In this document: piece after piece, positions 1-9,224 of the stretch
Layout: each line of letters begins with the position of its first letter
How positions within the stretch are numbered: position 1 is the first letter of the stretch
Assembly: GCA_029776065.1 (NCBI GenBank)
Contig: JARVJP010000011.1
Coordinates: 214,961 to 278,960 of the forward strand
Direction of reading: 5' to 3'
DNA from: Nitrososphaeria archaeon
Lineage (GTDB): Archaea; Thermoproteota; Nitrososphaeria; JACIWG01
DNA: 64,000 nucleotides
Notes under the pieces: model-generated
Seen by the model: the letters and a program-made list of their open reading frames with translations, nothing else
Database searches by the model: none
What the model was told of the DNA's origin: nothing
Program-made: the position numbers and the translations under genes

Positions 1-372
1 ACACAATATAGTAACCCTCAACTTGACGAGCTTCTTGAAAAATGGTTGCGAACTTCAGAGCATAGCGAACAGGTTAAAGTACTACAGCAGATTGAAGACA
101 TAATAAGTCAAGATGTGCCCGTAATAGTACTTTATCAGATTAACTGGGTTTACGTTAGAAGCAACTTTATTCAAGGGCCTGATATACCTGACGGGAAATA
201 CGTGTTTGTAGATAGCCTTGCAAACGAGTACATTGTATCATCTACAACGACGCCGGGTTCAGGTCAGCTTTTCCCGATCGAGTATTTGGTTGCGGCTGTC
301 GCTGCAGTAATAGTAATAGTAGTTGCCGTATGGTTTATCCTGGTGAAAAGAAAGAAGCAACCTGCTAAATAG
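1..372 (+). CDS. ABC transporter substrate-binding protein (family 5, oligopeptide/dipeptide type), C-terminal fragment with C-terminal membrane anchor; 5'-partial (ORF is open to position 1)
   Basis: Frame 1 is open from nt 1 (TQYSNPQLDELLEKWL...), continuous with the listed ORF 46-372. C-terminus has a Thr-rich stretch, PGSG, a hydrophobic helix (LVAAVAAVIVIVVAVWFILV) and a KRKK tail, as in archaeal C-terminally anchored SBPs. Immediately followed by ABC ATPase and permease genes. Confidence 0.6.
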   Translation, partial: TQYSNPQLDELLEKWLRTSEHSEQVKVLQQIEDIISQDVPVIVLYQINWVYVRSNFIQGPDIPDGKYVFVDSLANEYIVSSTTTPGSGQLFPIEYLVAAVAAVIVIVVAVWFILVKRKKQPAK

Positions 373-403
373 ACCTCCTACCACGTAATTTCCAAGGATC
401 GGC

Positions 404-1396
404 ATGACATTAACGATGATCGAAAGAAAAAACTCATCGAAGCTACTTCTCTCTGTTCAAAATCTTAAGATTCAGTATAGAAAGAAAAACGAATATATCG
501 AAGCTGTAGAAGATGTTTCATTTAATATAGACAGAGGCAAGGTAGTTGCATTAGTTGGTGAGTCTGGCTCAGGAAAAACCACCACCGCATTAGCCATACC
601 TAATCTCCTCCCAGCGAACGCCATAATAAAAGAGGGTGTTATATTATACAAGGGAAAGAACCTGATTCAAGCCACTCACGAAGAGTTAAGGGCGATAAGA
701 GGTAAAGAAATTGGAATGGTTTTCCAAGACCCTACATCATTCCTTGACCCCTTAATGAGGGTAGGAGATCAAGTAGCAGAAGTCATCGTTAAACACGAAA
801 GCATTAAAAAAAAGGAGGCGATTTTAAAAGCTAAGAACATCCTAGAGAAGATGCGTGTAACGGAACCAGAAAGAATCTATTATTATTATCCTCATCAACT
901 TAGTGGAGGAATGGCGCAGAGGGTGGTTATAGGAATGGCTATTGCTTGTCAGCCATCACTTCTCATAGCTGATGAACCAACAAGTAATCTAGACTTGACA
1001 GTCCAAGCCCAGATCCTAAATCTTTTAAAAGCATTGAATCACGAGCTTGGTATGTCGATCTTGCTTATCAGTCATGATTTGGGTGTTGTGAGTGGTATAG
1101 CTGATCGTGTTGTAATAATGTACGCTGGTCGCATAATGGAAGAGGGTGACGTACACTCCATCTTTAAGAACCCAAGACACCCTTATACACGAGCTTTACT
1201 GGTAGCTAGTGAACTAGGGGAGGACATGGTTAAGCAACAGAATGATTTTCCATCTGATTTGTTAAGTTCATCTTCAGGTTGTTGTTATAGGCATAAATGT
1301 CCCTATGTGATGGAACGTTGCAAAGAAAACCCAATCGAAATATTACTCGATCAAGACTCAAGGGTTTATTGTTGGTTGTATAGTAATGAAAGTTAG
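404..1396 (+). CDS. Oligopeptide/dipeptide ABC transporter ATP-binding protein (OppD/DppD-like)
   Basis: Walker [13 protein letters not shown] signature LSGGMAQRV, Walker B LLIADEPTSNLD, C-terminal Cys-rich OppD/F extension (CCYRHKCPYVMERC). Confidence 0.9.
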   Translation: MTLTMIERKNSSKLLLSVQNLKIQYRKKNEYIEAVEDVSFNIDRGKVVALVGESGSGKTTTALAIPNLLPANAIIKEGVILYKGKNLIQATHEELRAIRGKEIGMVFQDPTSFLDPLMRVGDQVAEVIVKHESIKKKEAILKAKNILEKMRVTEPERIYYYYPHQLSGGMAQRVVIGMAIACQPSLLIADEPTSNLDLTVQAQILNLLKALNHELGMSILLISHDLGVVSGIADRVVIMYAGRIMEEGDVHSIFKNPRHPYTRALLVASELGEDMVKQQNDFPSDLLSSSSGCCYRHKCPYVMERCKENPIEILLDQDSRVYCWLYSNES

Positions 1397-2384
1397 TAAT
1401 TCTCCGCTGCTATCTGTTAAGGAATTAGTGAAATACTTTCCTGTAAAAAGGAGTATGTTTTCTAGATCTGTTAAATTCTTGAAGGCTGTTGACGGGGTGA
1501 GCTTCGAAGTATGGCAAGGTGAAAATATTGCAATCGTAGGTGAAAGTGGTTGTGGTAAGACGACTTTAGGTCGGATGCTCTGTGGTATAATACCTCCGAC
1601 TAAGGGTACGATTGAATACGAAGGTGAACCAATGAGTAAGGTTGATAAGAAGCAGTTTGTAAGTGTGGTTCAACCTATTTTTCAAGACCCGTACTCTGCG
1701 TTGAACCCTGTAATGAATGTGAGACAGATACTTTCTAAACCTTTCAAATTGCATGATATAGATTTTAATGATGAGACACTTTGCAGTCTCCTTGAGCAAG
1801 TAGGCCTATCCCCTCCTAGGTCTTTCCTTAAGAGGTATCCACATCAACTTAGCGGCGGGCAAAGGCAACGGATTGTGATCGCTAGAGCGCTAGCGCTCAA
1901 TCCTAAGCTTGCTGTTTGTGATGAACCTGTTTCAGGTCTTGACCCAACTGTTCAAATTTTAATCTTGAATTTGTTGAGAAAGTTCCAGCAAATGTATAGA
2001 ACAACCTACTTAATTATTTCGCATGATATTCGCTTGGTGAAATCTATTTGTCAAAGGACCATGGTGATGTATTTGGGGAAGATAGTTGAAGTCGGCCCAA
2101 CAGGTGATGTGTTACAAAGACCGTTTCATCCGTATACGAAGTCTCTGCTGCAGTCTTTCCCATCAAGGGACCCTGATGATACCTCTTGGGTGGATAACCC
2201 TCCTATATTTGGCGATGTACCATCAGCAATAGACCCGCCATCAGGGTGTGGGTTTAGAACTCGTTGTCCGTTAGCGGTTGAAGAGTGTGCCTTAAAAAAC
2301 CCGACTTTAACAACGTGCGGGCCAAATCATTACGTAGCATGTCACGTGGTTTTAGATGGCCTTAAAGTAGGTGGGAGTCATTGA
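1386..2384 (+). CDS. Oligopeptide/dipeptide ABC transporter ATP-binding protein (OppF/DppF-like)
   Basis: Walker A GESGCGKTT, signature LSGGQRQRI, Walker B LAVCDEPVSGLD. Overlaps upstream ATPase by 11 nt (operon). Confidence 0.9.
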   Translation: MKVSNSPLLSVKELVKYFPVKRSMFSRSVKFLKAVDGVSFEVWQGENIAIVGESGCGKTTLGRMLCGIIPPTKGTIEYEGEPMSKVDKKQFVSVVQPIFQDPYSALNPVMNVRQILSKPFKLHDIDFNDETLCSLLEQVGLSPPRSFLKRYPHQLSGGQRQRIVIARALALNPKLAVCDEPVSGLDPTVQILILNLLRKFQQMYRTTYLIISHDIRLVKSICQRTMVMYLGKIVEVGPTGDVLQRPFHPYTKSLLQSFPSRDPDDTSWVDNPPIFGDVPSAIDPPSGCGFRTRCPLAVEECALKNPTLTTCGPNHYVACHVVLDGLKVGGSH

Positions 2385-3352
2385 TTTGGCGTTTCATTAT
2401 AAAGAGGGTTGCACTTTCTTTTATCACAGTGCTTACAGTGGTTTTACTCTCCTTCATGATAATCAAACTTGCTCCTGGTGATCCTGCAGTTCTACTTGCT
2501 GGAGCAGGCGCAACCCCTGAATATCTAAAAGCTGTAAGGGAGGCCTATGGACTAAACCTCCCGATAACACAGCAACTAACAATATATCTAACATCAGTCC
2601 TAACTGGAAATCTGGGGCATTCTATAACATACAGTCGTACAGTCATCGATGTTATACTCGGTAGACTGATTCCAACGGTTCTTTTAGCAACTACCTCAAG
2701 TATAATTGCAATAGCCGGCGGCATCTTCCTAGGATTATTCTCTGCTGCAAAGCCTAACTCATTAAGAGACGAACTGATTAACATCTCTTCTTTAGTTTTA
2801 TTTTCAATTCCTGTGTTTTGGTTAGGGTTGTTTATGATACTGGCTTTTGCGGTAAATATCCCTCTCTTCCCCACAGGTGGAATGGCCAGTACTACACCAC
2901 CAACCGGCTTGTACGCTATTTTAGATGTGGTTTGGCACATGGTTTTGCCGGTAGCAACTTTATCCGCAGTTTTTTTTGGTATATACGCTAGGTTAACAAG
3001 GGGTGGACTGTTACAAGCGCTTTCAATGAATTACTCTGTTGCTGCACGCGCAAAGGGTTTATCTGAGCGTGAAATCCTGTATCACCATGCCCTTCGTAAT
3101 TCTCTCCTACCGATAATTTCACTTGCTGGGACTCAGATAAACTTGATAATAGGTGCATTAGTTCTAGTCGAAAACATTTTCTCTTGGCCAGGATTAGGAA
3201 CGTTGATTGTACAAGGTTTCTTGCACAGAGATTATCCATTAACTACTGGTCTTTTGATCTTCTTTGCAATTATCACCGCTTTAATGAACCTTTTCGCTGA
3301 CATACTTAACGCTATAGTTGATCCACGGATTAGGAGTAGTGTTGGTGAATGA
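2381..3352 (+). CDS. ABC transporter permease (OppB/DppB-like)
   Basis: Polytopic membrane protein with a BPD-transporter inner-membrane signature region (...SAARAKGLSEREILYHHALRNSLLPII...). 4-nt overlaps with flanking genes. Confidence 0.85.
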   Translation: MIWRFIIKRVALSFITVLTVVLLSFMIIKLAPGDPAVLLAGAGATPEYLKAVREAYGLNLPITQQLTIYLTSVLTGNLGHSITYSRTVIDVILGRLIPTVLLATTSSIIAIAGGIFLGLFSAAKPNSLRDELINISSLVLFSIPVFWLGLFMILAFAVNIPLFPTGGMASTTPPTGLYAILDVVWHMVLPVATLSAVFFGIYARLTRGGLLQALSMNYSVAARAKGLSEREILYHHALRNSLLPIISLAGTQINLIIGALVLVENIFSWPGLGTLIVQGFLHRDYPLTTGLLIFFAIITALMNLFADILNAIVDPRIRSSVGE

Positions 3353-4182
3353 AGAAACTTAGTTTCCATGGTTTTCAACTAATACCGGTAAAGGGAAGAG
3401 CGATTCTCCCATTAATTCTTCTTGCACCAATAATCCTTTTTGCAGTCTTTGCATATCAGATCGCTCCTTATAACCCTCTCCAAACTGGTGTTGGTGAATC
3501 TTTATCTCCTCCATCAAGTCGGAATTTTATGGGGACGGATCAGCTTGGTGAAGATATCTTTAGTCAAGTAGTACATGGGTCCAGAGTCGCATTGTATGTT
3601 GGAATTACTTCGTCTTTGATCACGGTCTTTCTTGCCTTAGTAATTGGAACCGTGGCAGGGTATCTTGGAGGAATGGTTGATGAGGTTTTAATGAGGTTCA
3701 CAGACGTGGTGCTTTCGATTCCTTCCTTCATTCTTATCATATTTATAGTTATTCTGTTTGGGAGTTCGATAAATGTAATCACACTCGTGATCGGCGTTGT
3801 TTCATGGCCTTCTATGGCGAGGGTCGTCAGGGCCCGAGTACTTTCATTTAAAGAACAAGAATTTGTTCTAGCTGCTAAAGCCCTAGGAGCTAATCCGCTA
3901 AATGTTATGTTATTCGAGATACTTCCAAACATTTGGCTAGGTATCATTCCTGCAATCACTCTGCAAATAGGAAATGGTATACTTACAGAGGCTGGATTGA
4001 GTTTCCTCGGACTCGGCGATCCTAACGTAGCAAGTTGGGGTAGAATTCTGTATTTGGCAAGTACAGCGATCTATTTAGGTTGTTGGTGGGGTGTGCTCTT
4101 CCCAGGGCTTGCAATCATTGTAACGATAATTTCGTTCAATCTTCTTGGTGATGTGCTAGGTACTTCTCTAAGTCCGAAATGA
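3349..4182 (+). CDS. ABC transporter permease (OppC/DppC-like)
   Basis: Polytopic. EAA-like loop region (LAAKALGANPLNVMLFEILPN). Last gene of the operon. Confidence 0.85.
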   Translation: MKKLSFHGFQLIPVKGRAILPLILLAPIILFAVFAYQIAPYNPLQTGVGESLSPPSSRNFMGTDQLGEDIFSQVVHGSRVALYVGITSSLITVFLALVIGTVAGYLGGMVDEVLMRFTDVVLSIPSFILIIFIVILFGSSINVITLVIGVVSWPSMARVVRARVLSFKEQEFVLAAKALGANPLNVMLFEILPNIWLGIIPAITLQIGNGILTEAGLSFLGLGDPNVASWGRILYLASTAIYLGCWWGVLFPGLAIIVTIISFNLLGDVLGTSLSPK

Positions 4183-4246
4183 TGATCAACTTTGGCTGAT
4201 AAAAAGGAAGGCTGTAACTATACCGGTTAATTCATGTTGGAAGCTA

Positions 4247-6106
4247 TTAATAAGTAGGATGTTTTAGTGCTTTGATATCGTTTTGATATAGTTTTAATAC
4301 GAAGTCTGACACTTTTATTATAAGCTCCGTCAACCTTTCCCTGCCCCTAATAATTATTAACGCGTTGATCAGATCGTACATCGATCCAAGGTACCAGTTC
4401 CAAATAATGTTATAGGGGCTCTTATCACTCACTTCTATTTCGTCATAACCTTTGGTTGCCTTTTGTATTCCTTGTAAGGCTGAATCAAGCAACGCTAATG
4501 CTCCTTGCCAACCATAGTCTTGTCTCCATTCAACAGGTCTTTTATAGTTGTAATCTTCGTTTATTCCAAGAATTTGATTTAAGATTCTTAATCTCATTTC
4601 GTCTAAAGTCTGAGCCAATGAGAACGTGTTCGGATTTTCTATCAAAATGGATTCAGCTAATTTCTCACATTTTTCTAGCCTAATTTTCAATTCGACGTGC
4701 CTTTCTTGGAGTGCTGCATCTTCCACTTCGATCTCATCTGGCAACTTAGTTAATCTCGCAATTATACTAGGCCATTTTTGAAGTGCTGTTAATCCGAATG
4801 TAGACTCTGCTCTCTCATCAGTTAACCATTGAGGAGTTGGTTTTAGCGGTTTTAAAGCTAGCTTTGCTACCTCTTTCCTTATTGCATCACATCTTTTAAC
4901 GAGTTTTTTATGTAAATATTTAGGAGCTGACATCGAAGCTGATTTGAAGGGTAAATGCTTAGTGCCTCTTTTCAAATAAGAGCAAGGTACACTACTTGAG
5001 ACAACCCAAAATACGAAGTTAACTATCATCTTTGCAGGTAGATCCCATTTTTCCAGAAGCCAGTCAAGACCGAATTCTGGGTGTCCTCCACAGGCACAGA
5101 CTTTTCCAAGGCCATAGTAACCAGCTATGATCCCAAATCGTTGTTCACTGATCGCTTTGCCAGCATAAGTTTTTTCAAGTGCACCCGTTTCTTTTTGTTT
5201 TGTAGGAGAATGTGTGAATTCAGCAGAAGTCCATTCTTTGGTAAAATCTTTTAATTGTAGTAGCGGGATCGGATCTGAAGCGTCTCTATTTCTTCTTTCT
5301 ATGGGATTGAGAAAGGGACCTAGATGCCATGTCATCTCAAATTCTTCTGGCATACCCAACATGATTGGGTGGTCTTTTCTAATGTTTTTCACAGTAAGCT
5401 TCCCAACTCCTGACATGCCTACTGACCAGTATTCAGCGTTAATAACCTCTAAACTGTACATGCCTCGCCAATCCTTAAAAAGTGGCTTCCAAGAATTAAT
5501 GGTTTCTTCAGGCATATAAATAATGTTACAGCAACCAGCACAGCTACCCCATAATCCTCCGCCTTTGTGCACAAACTCTCTTACGCGTTGTCTTCCAATT
5601 TCACCTAATAATTCTCCTTGAACAGGGGGACCAAGCTCCCCCCCGCCTGGAATTATTAATACATCATAATCTTCAAGTTCTCCGTTTCTGATGTCTACAG
5701 CTGTTAAGTCATTATATTCGATTCCTACATTTGATAAAATGTCTGCGAAGGGGTAGGGTGAACCTCCATCTGCATATAAGGCAACTCGGGCTGGCCGAAG
5801 ATATGCTGCATCAACATCTAATTCTCCAGAAATAGTATGTGCTCTAATTCTCCAATTTTCTACTTCTTTTTCAATCATTTCATAATTCTTTATGGGGTTT
5901 GTACTATAGTTAAACACTTGTCCAAATGGTACCATAATACTACCTGCTGCAAACAAGTTGTTGCTTTTTCCAACTTTAGCATTAAATGAATCTTGCGCCC
6001 AAAGGACAGTTAATCTAGATTCTAGGAGAAAGTTAGCAAACTTAGCTACAGTTCTCCAATCGTTATCATTATCTGAAATGATAATGGTTCTTTTTTCTTT
6101 TTTCAT
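4247..6106 (-). CDS. Uncharacterized 619-aa protein with N-terminal class-I glutamine amidotransferase-like / BPL_N-like domain
   Basis: VLIIPGGG...KGGGLWGSCAGCC resembles the GG-x-Y-L-G-x-C-A-G nucleophile elbow of BPL_N/GATase1-like folds. C-terminal ~300 aa is helical, with no motif I recognise. Confidence 0.35.
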   Translation of the reverse strand: MKKEKRTIIISDNDNDWRTVAKFANFLLESRLTVLWAQDSFNAKVGKSNNLFAAGSIMVPFGQVFNYSTNPIKNYEMIEKEVENWRIRAHTISGELDVDAAYLRPARVALYADGGSPYPFADILSNVGIEYNDLTAVDIRNGELEDYDVLIIPGGGELGPPVQGELLGEIGRQRVREFVHKGGGLWGSCAGCCNIIYMPEETINSWKPLFKDWRGMYSLEVINAEYWSVGMSGVGKLTVKNIRKDHPIMLGMPEEFEMTWHLGPFLNPIERRNRDASDPIPLLQLKDFTKEWTSAEFTHSPTKQKETGALEKTYAGKAISEQRFGIIAGYYGLGKVCACGGHPEFGLDWLLEKWDLPAKMIVNFVFWVVSSSVPCSYLKRGTKHLPFKSASMSAPKYLHKKLVKRCDAIRKEVAKLALKPLKPTPQWLTDERAESTFGLTALQKWPSIIARLTKLPDEIEVEDAALQERHVELKIRLEKCEKLAESILIENPNTFSLAQTLDEMRLRILNQILGINEDYNYKRPVEWRQDYGWQGALALLDSALQGIQKATKGYDEIEVSDKSPYNIIWNWYLGSMYDLINALIIIRGRERLTELIIKVSDFVLKLYQNDIKALKHPTY

Positions 6107-6283
6107 ACCTATGTTATTTATTGATAACTTTTAAAAGTTTTATTGAATATATACTTATACTCTAACAATATTCTTTATGGAAAAGTCAAATTCGATTTGT
6201 TTAATTTCAAATTCTATAAAACTTGGATGGTTAAAATTCATAGTATGATAAGGGATATTACCAGCGTTTAAGAAAGGTATTGT

Positions 6284-7051
6284 TCAGGCAGATCTAATTA
6301 GGTCTAGGCTTAGCCTAGCCCCCTTTAGTAGTAATGAGATATCCGATGTTAGAGTTATCATCTTGAAACCTTTCTTCAGATATTTTACTGCGTCTTGGCC
6401 ACCACTTGTGTATATTCCACCAGGCTTACCAGTCTTCCTTCCTGCTTCAAGGACTGTGTCTATTGCCGACTTGAAGGTTTCACATTCAAAATCAAGAGGA
6501 AAACCTAGAGAGACTGAGAGGTCGTATGGTCCTATAAAGAAGGCGTCAATACCATCGGTGGATAAAATGTCTACAACGTTATCTAAGGCTTCCCGTGTTT
6601 CTATTTGAGCGATTAAAGCAACGTCATCTTTTGCTCTTTTCCAGTATGTAGGGTCTAAGCCATATACAGCGGCTCTTCTAGGCCCCCATCCCCTTATACC
6701 TTCAGGAGGGTACCTGCAGGCTCTTACCGCGTTTATGGCTTGTTCCTTGTTGTTCACCCAAGGCACAAGGATGCCTTCTGGGCCGACGTCTAAGGCCAGC
6801 TTGATCATAACTGGGTCGTTCCAAGGGACTCTGATAATAGGGGATACATTGCTCCCATTTAGGGGCTGTATGAGTCTTTGGACTGTCTCGATAGTTAGTG
6901 GGGCGTGTTCCGTGTCAAAAACTAACCAATCGAATCCAATTCTAGAAAGAGCTTCTGTGACATCCGTATTATTTATAGTGATCCAGGTTCCAACTGAAAC
7001 TTTGTTTTCTTTTAAGATCTTTTTCAACTTTCCAGTCACAAACTCGGTCAT
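6284..7051 (-). CDS. HpcH/HpaI family aldolase (2-keto-3-deoxy-sugar-acid aldolase type)
   Basis: Full-length similarity pattern to 2-dehydro-3-deoxyglucarate/4-hydroxy-2-oxovalerate aldolases: ...WLVFDTEHAPL..., ...IAQIETREALDNVVDIL..., ...FFIGPYDLSVSLG... Confidence 0.8.
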   Translation of the reverse strand: MTEFVTGKLKKILKENKVSVGTWITINNTDVTEALSRIGFDWLVFDTEHAPLTIETVQRLIQPLNGSNVSPIIRVPWNDPVMIKLALDVGPEGILVPWVNNKEQAINAVRACRYPPEGIRGWGPRRAAVYGLDPTYWKRAKDDVALIAQIETREALDNVVDILSTDGIDAFFIGPYDLSVSLGFPLDFECETFKSAIDTVLEAGRKTGKPGGIYTSGGQDAVKYLKKGFKMITLTSDISLLLKGARLSLDLIRSA

Positions 7052-7121
7052 TAAAATCGCATTGTTTGCAATTATCGTCTATATAATTCTTATTATATGT
7101 GAGAAATAAAGTTATATTTAA

Positions 7122-7631
7122 TTGGCTTCTGTACACTATATGATGTTAAAGGTCCTAGTGGTCTCTGATACCCATTGTTCTACGCTAAACCAACTGCCAA
7201 AAAAGGTGATCGACGAAATTAGTAAAGTGGATGCAATAATTCATGCAGGAGACTATACAAGCATCGATCTAGTGAATGAGCTTAAATCTAGTAAAAACTT
7301 CTTTGGCGTATATGGGAACATGGATGACTTGAAGATAAAAACATCGTTAAGTGACCAATTGCTACTTGAATTGAACGGTTTTAAGATAGGTGTTACACAT
7401 CCACCTGAAGGCGGGCCACCATTTGGTATAAAGAAGAAGGTTATAGCCCAATTTGATGAAAAACTTGACGGAATCATCTACGGCCACACGCATAAACCTG
7501 AGATAATAGAGTCAGAGGGTGTTCTTTTTATGAACCCTGGTTCAACATCAAAACCATTTCCTATGTGCCCCAAGGCTATGATCATCCTAACCATATCAAA
7601 TAAGCTTGAGCCTAAGCTAGTTAACCTCTAG
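7122..7631 (+). CDS. YfcE/MJ0936-type metallophosphoesterase (phosphodiesterase). Probable real start at the ATG ~18 nt downstream (MMLKVLVVSDTHC)
   Basis: Motifs VVSDTHC, HAGDYTS, GNMD, GHTHKP typical of calcineurin-like phosphoesterases of the YfcE family. AT-rich TATA-like element ~25 nt upstream of the internal ATG suggests a leaderless transcript. Confidence 0.8.
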   Translation: MASVHYMMLKVLVVSDTHCSTLNQLPKKVIDEISKVDAIIHAGDYTSIDLVNELKSSKNFFGVYGNMDDLKIKTSLSDQLLLELNGFKIGVTHPPEGGPPFGIKKKVIAQFDEKLDGIIYGHTHKPEIIESEGVLFMNPGSTSKPFPMCPKAMIILTISNKLEPKLVNL

Positions 7632-7788
7632 ACATATTATTCAAATTATTGTACTAAGTGATTTTTATGGTGCGTTTAAACGCTCTTAGATTAGTTTAGG
7701 TTGTAGGAGTTTTGTGTTATGTGAGACCATTGTTTGAGTGGAGAGTTTAGTAACAATTTTTGGAAACGTTAATATAAGAATTGAGTAG

Positions 7789-7857
7789 ATGTTTGTAATG
7801 CGGGTGGTGGTCCTCCCACTGTTCCGCAGAATAAATCCCGGTAGGGAGGTAGAAAGT
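7789..7857 (+). promoter_or_regulatory. Structured 5' leader with potential Shine-Dalgarno-sequestering hairpin upstream of QueT-like transporter
   Basis: CCTCCC (7812-7817) can pair with GGGAGG (7844-7849), which is the SD for a TTG at 7858. A GCGG...CCGC stem lies just upstream. Confidence 0.3.
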
Positions 7858-8352
7858 TTGGGCATAAAAAATAATAGTAGAAAGGTTCTTACTTTGTCTA
7901 TCTTAATTGCTGCTATATACTCTGTTCTCACAATAGTTCTTTCTCCTATAAGCTATCTCGCAGCTTTTCAAATACGAGTTGCTGACGCGTTGATCCCTTT
8001 GAGCTATAATAAAAAGATCAGTAAAGCAGCCATATATGGTACTGCTTTAGGCGCCTTTGTAGCTAATATTTACTCTTTCTACGGCGTCTACGACATGTTG
8101 ATCGGGACCATTGCAAACTTCGTTGCAAGCTACTCTGCTTATTCGTTATCTAGATACAAGGGTCTCATTCCAAAGTTTCTAGCATCGTTAGTCTCATTTT
8201 TAATAATAGTTTTCCTCATAGGGGTTATACTGTTTCACTTGGTTCTGCAAATACCTATCGAGGTTTCCCTCTTCGGCATTTCGATCGGCTCTTTTATATC
8301 AATAGTAATTTTAGGAACTTTACTATTATTAGGCTTGGAAAAGGTCTACTAG
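7858..8352 (+). CDS. QueT-like (ECF S-component type) queuosine/archaeosine-precursor transporter. TTG start preferred over the upstream ATG at 7789
   Basis: Small 5-6 TM protein with the QueT-family motif RVADALIPL. GGAGGT located 7 nt upstream of in-frame TTG (7858). The N-terminal 23 aa of the longer ORF is not hydrophobic. Confidence 0.6.
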   Translation: MGIKNNSRKVLTLSILIAAIYSVLTIVLSPISYLAAFQIRVADALIPLSYNKKISKAAIYGTALGAFVANIYSFYGVYDMLIGTIANFVASYSAYSLSRYKGLIPKFLASLVSFLIIVFLIGVILFHLVLQIPIEVSLFGISIGSFISIVILGTLLLLGLEKVY

Positions 8353-8360
8353 CCGCTTCC

Positions 8361-9185
8361 TTATTCCCTTATTGTCTGAAATATGGCCTTACCTAATCTA
8401 TCGTTTGCTGCGACTATGCAACTGATTCTTCCATCATAGTCTAAATTTAGATCTTTATCGATGTTTAAGAGTTTGAAGTATGCCCCAGAAATCCTCGCCA
8501 TGTGGAGCGATGCTGCAAGATCCACTACACGTAATCTAGGATAAAGCTCTATGAAAGCGTCCAGTAGACCTACTGAAACATATGCAGACTCTATTGCCGC
8601 ACTACCGATAAACCTTGGATGTCTTATCATCTTTAGTAGTTTTAGGAGGCTCTCTGTGTACTTTGGGTCGTCTGTGTTGTATAGTCTTGGTATTATTGAC
8701 ACTATGGAGTGGTTAAGTTCGCTTACCTTCGACCTTTGTCTATACTCGTTATTATATAGTACACTATCTTGGGTGGCGAGGATTATGTCACCGGTGACCA
8801 CGTTCATGATCCCTGAAGCGAAGACATCGGAGAGTTTATTTCCATTTGCAACCGCTATAGACACGCAGTAGCATGGAAGCCCCCTTATTCCGTTGTTGCT
8901 TCCATCAAGTGGGTCTACTACCGCAACCATTCCCCCTCTATTTACCTCGGTTATCCCTGATTCTTCAGATATAATTGTGTACCCTCTACCGCTTTTCTTG
9001 AATTCATCAATTATTACCATTTCTGATTCAACATCGATGTTAAATGTTGTGTCTCCAAAACGGTTTCTTCCAACTACTCTTATCGACCCCCTGTTTTTTA
9101 AGAGGGTTTGCCTTGCACGGTTTAAAGCTAATCGTATTGTTTCAAGTACTTCTCCCTGTGCCATTTTACGTCGAGGAACCCTCAA
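8361..9185 (-). CDS. Inositol monophosphatase / fructose-1,6-bisphosphatase family protein (archaeal IMPase/FBPase, SuhB-like)
   Basis: Metal-binding motifs EES...DPLDGSNN and WDxAAG-region equivalents. Start may be the internal M (MAQGEV...). Confidence 0.8.
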   Translation of the reverse strand: MRVPRRKMAQGEVLETIRLALNRARQTLLKNRGSIRVVGRNRFGDTTFNIDVESEMVIIDEFKKSGRGYTIISEESGITEVNRGGMVAVVDPLDGSNNGIRGLPCYCVSIAVANGNKLSDVFASGIMNVVTGDIILATQDSVLYNNEYRQRSKVSELNHSIVSIIPRLYNTDDPKYTESLLKLLKMIRHPRFIGSAAIESAYVSVGLLDAFIELYPRLRVVDLAASLHMARISGAYFKLLNIDKDLNLDYDGRISCIVAANDRLGKAIFQTIRE

Positions 9186-9224
9186 ACTTACTCTTATAAA
9201 TCGATTAAATTTTTAGAATTGAGG

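Noticed and set aside
1566-3239. Short antisense ORFs inside ABC ATPase/permease genes (1566-1799, 2545-2940, 2988-3239) and similar ones elsewhere (e.g. 3564-3959, 12003-12752, 13019-13438, 23936-24382, 36567-37015)
   Set aside because: Fully embedded in strongly supported genes on the opposite strand. No motifs. Typical shadow ORFs.
7122-7139. Upstream TTG-initiated extension (MASVHY) of the metallophosphoesterase
   Set aside because: TATA-like element lies inside or adjacent to it. The conserved domain begins at the internal MMLKVLVVSDTH. The extension is likely non-coding.
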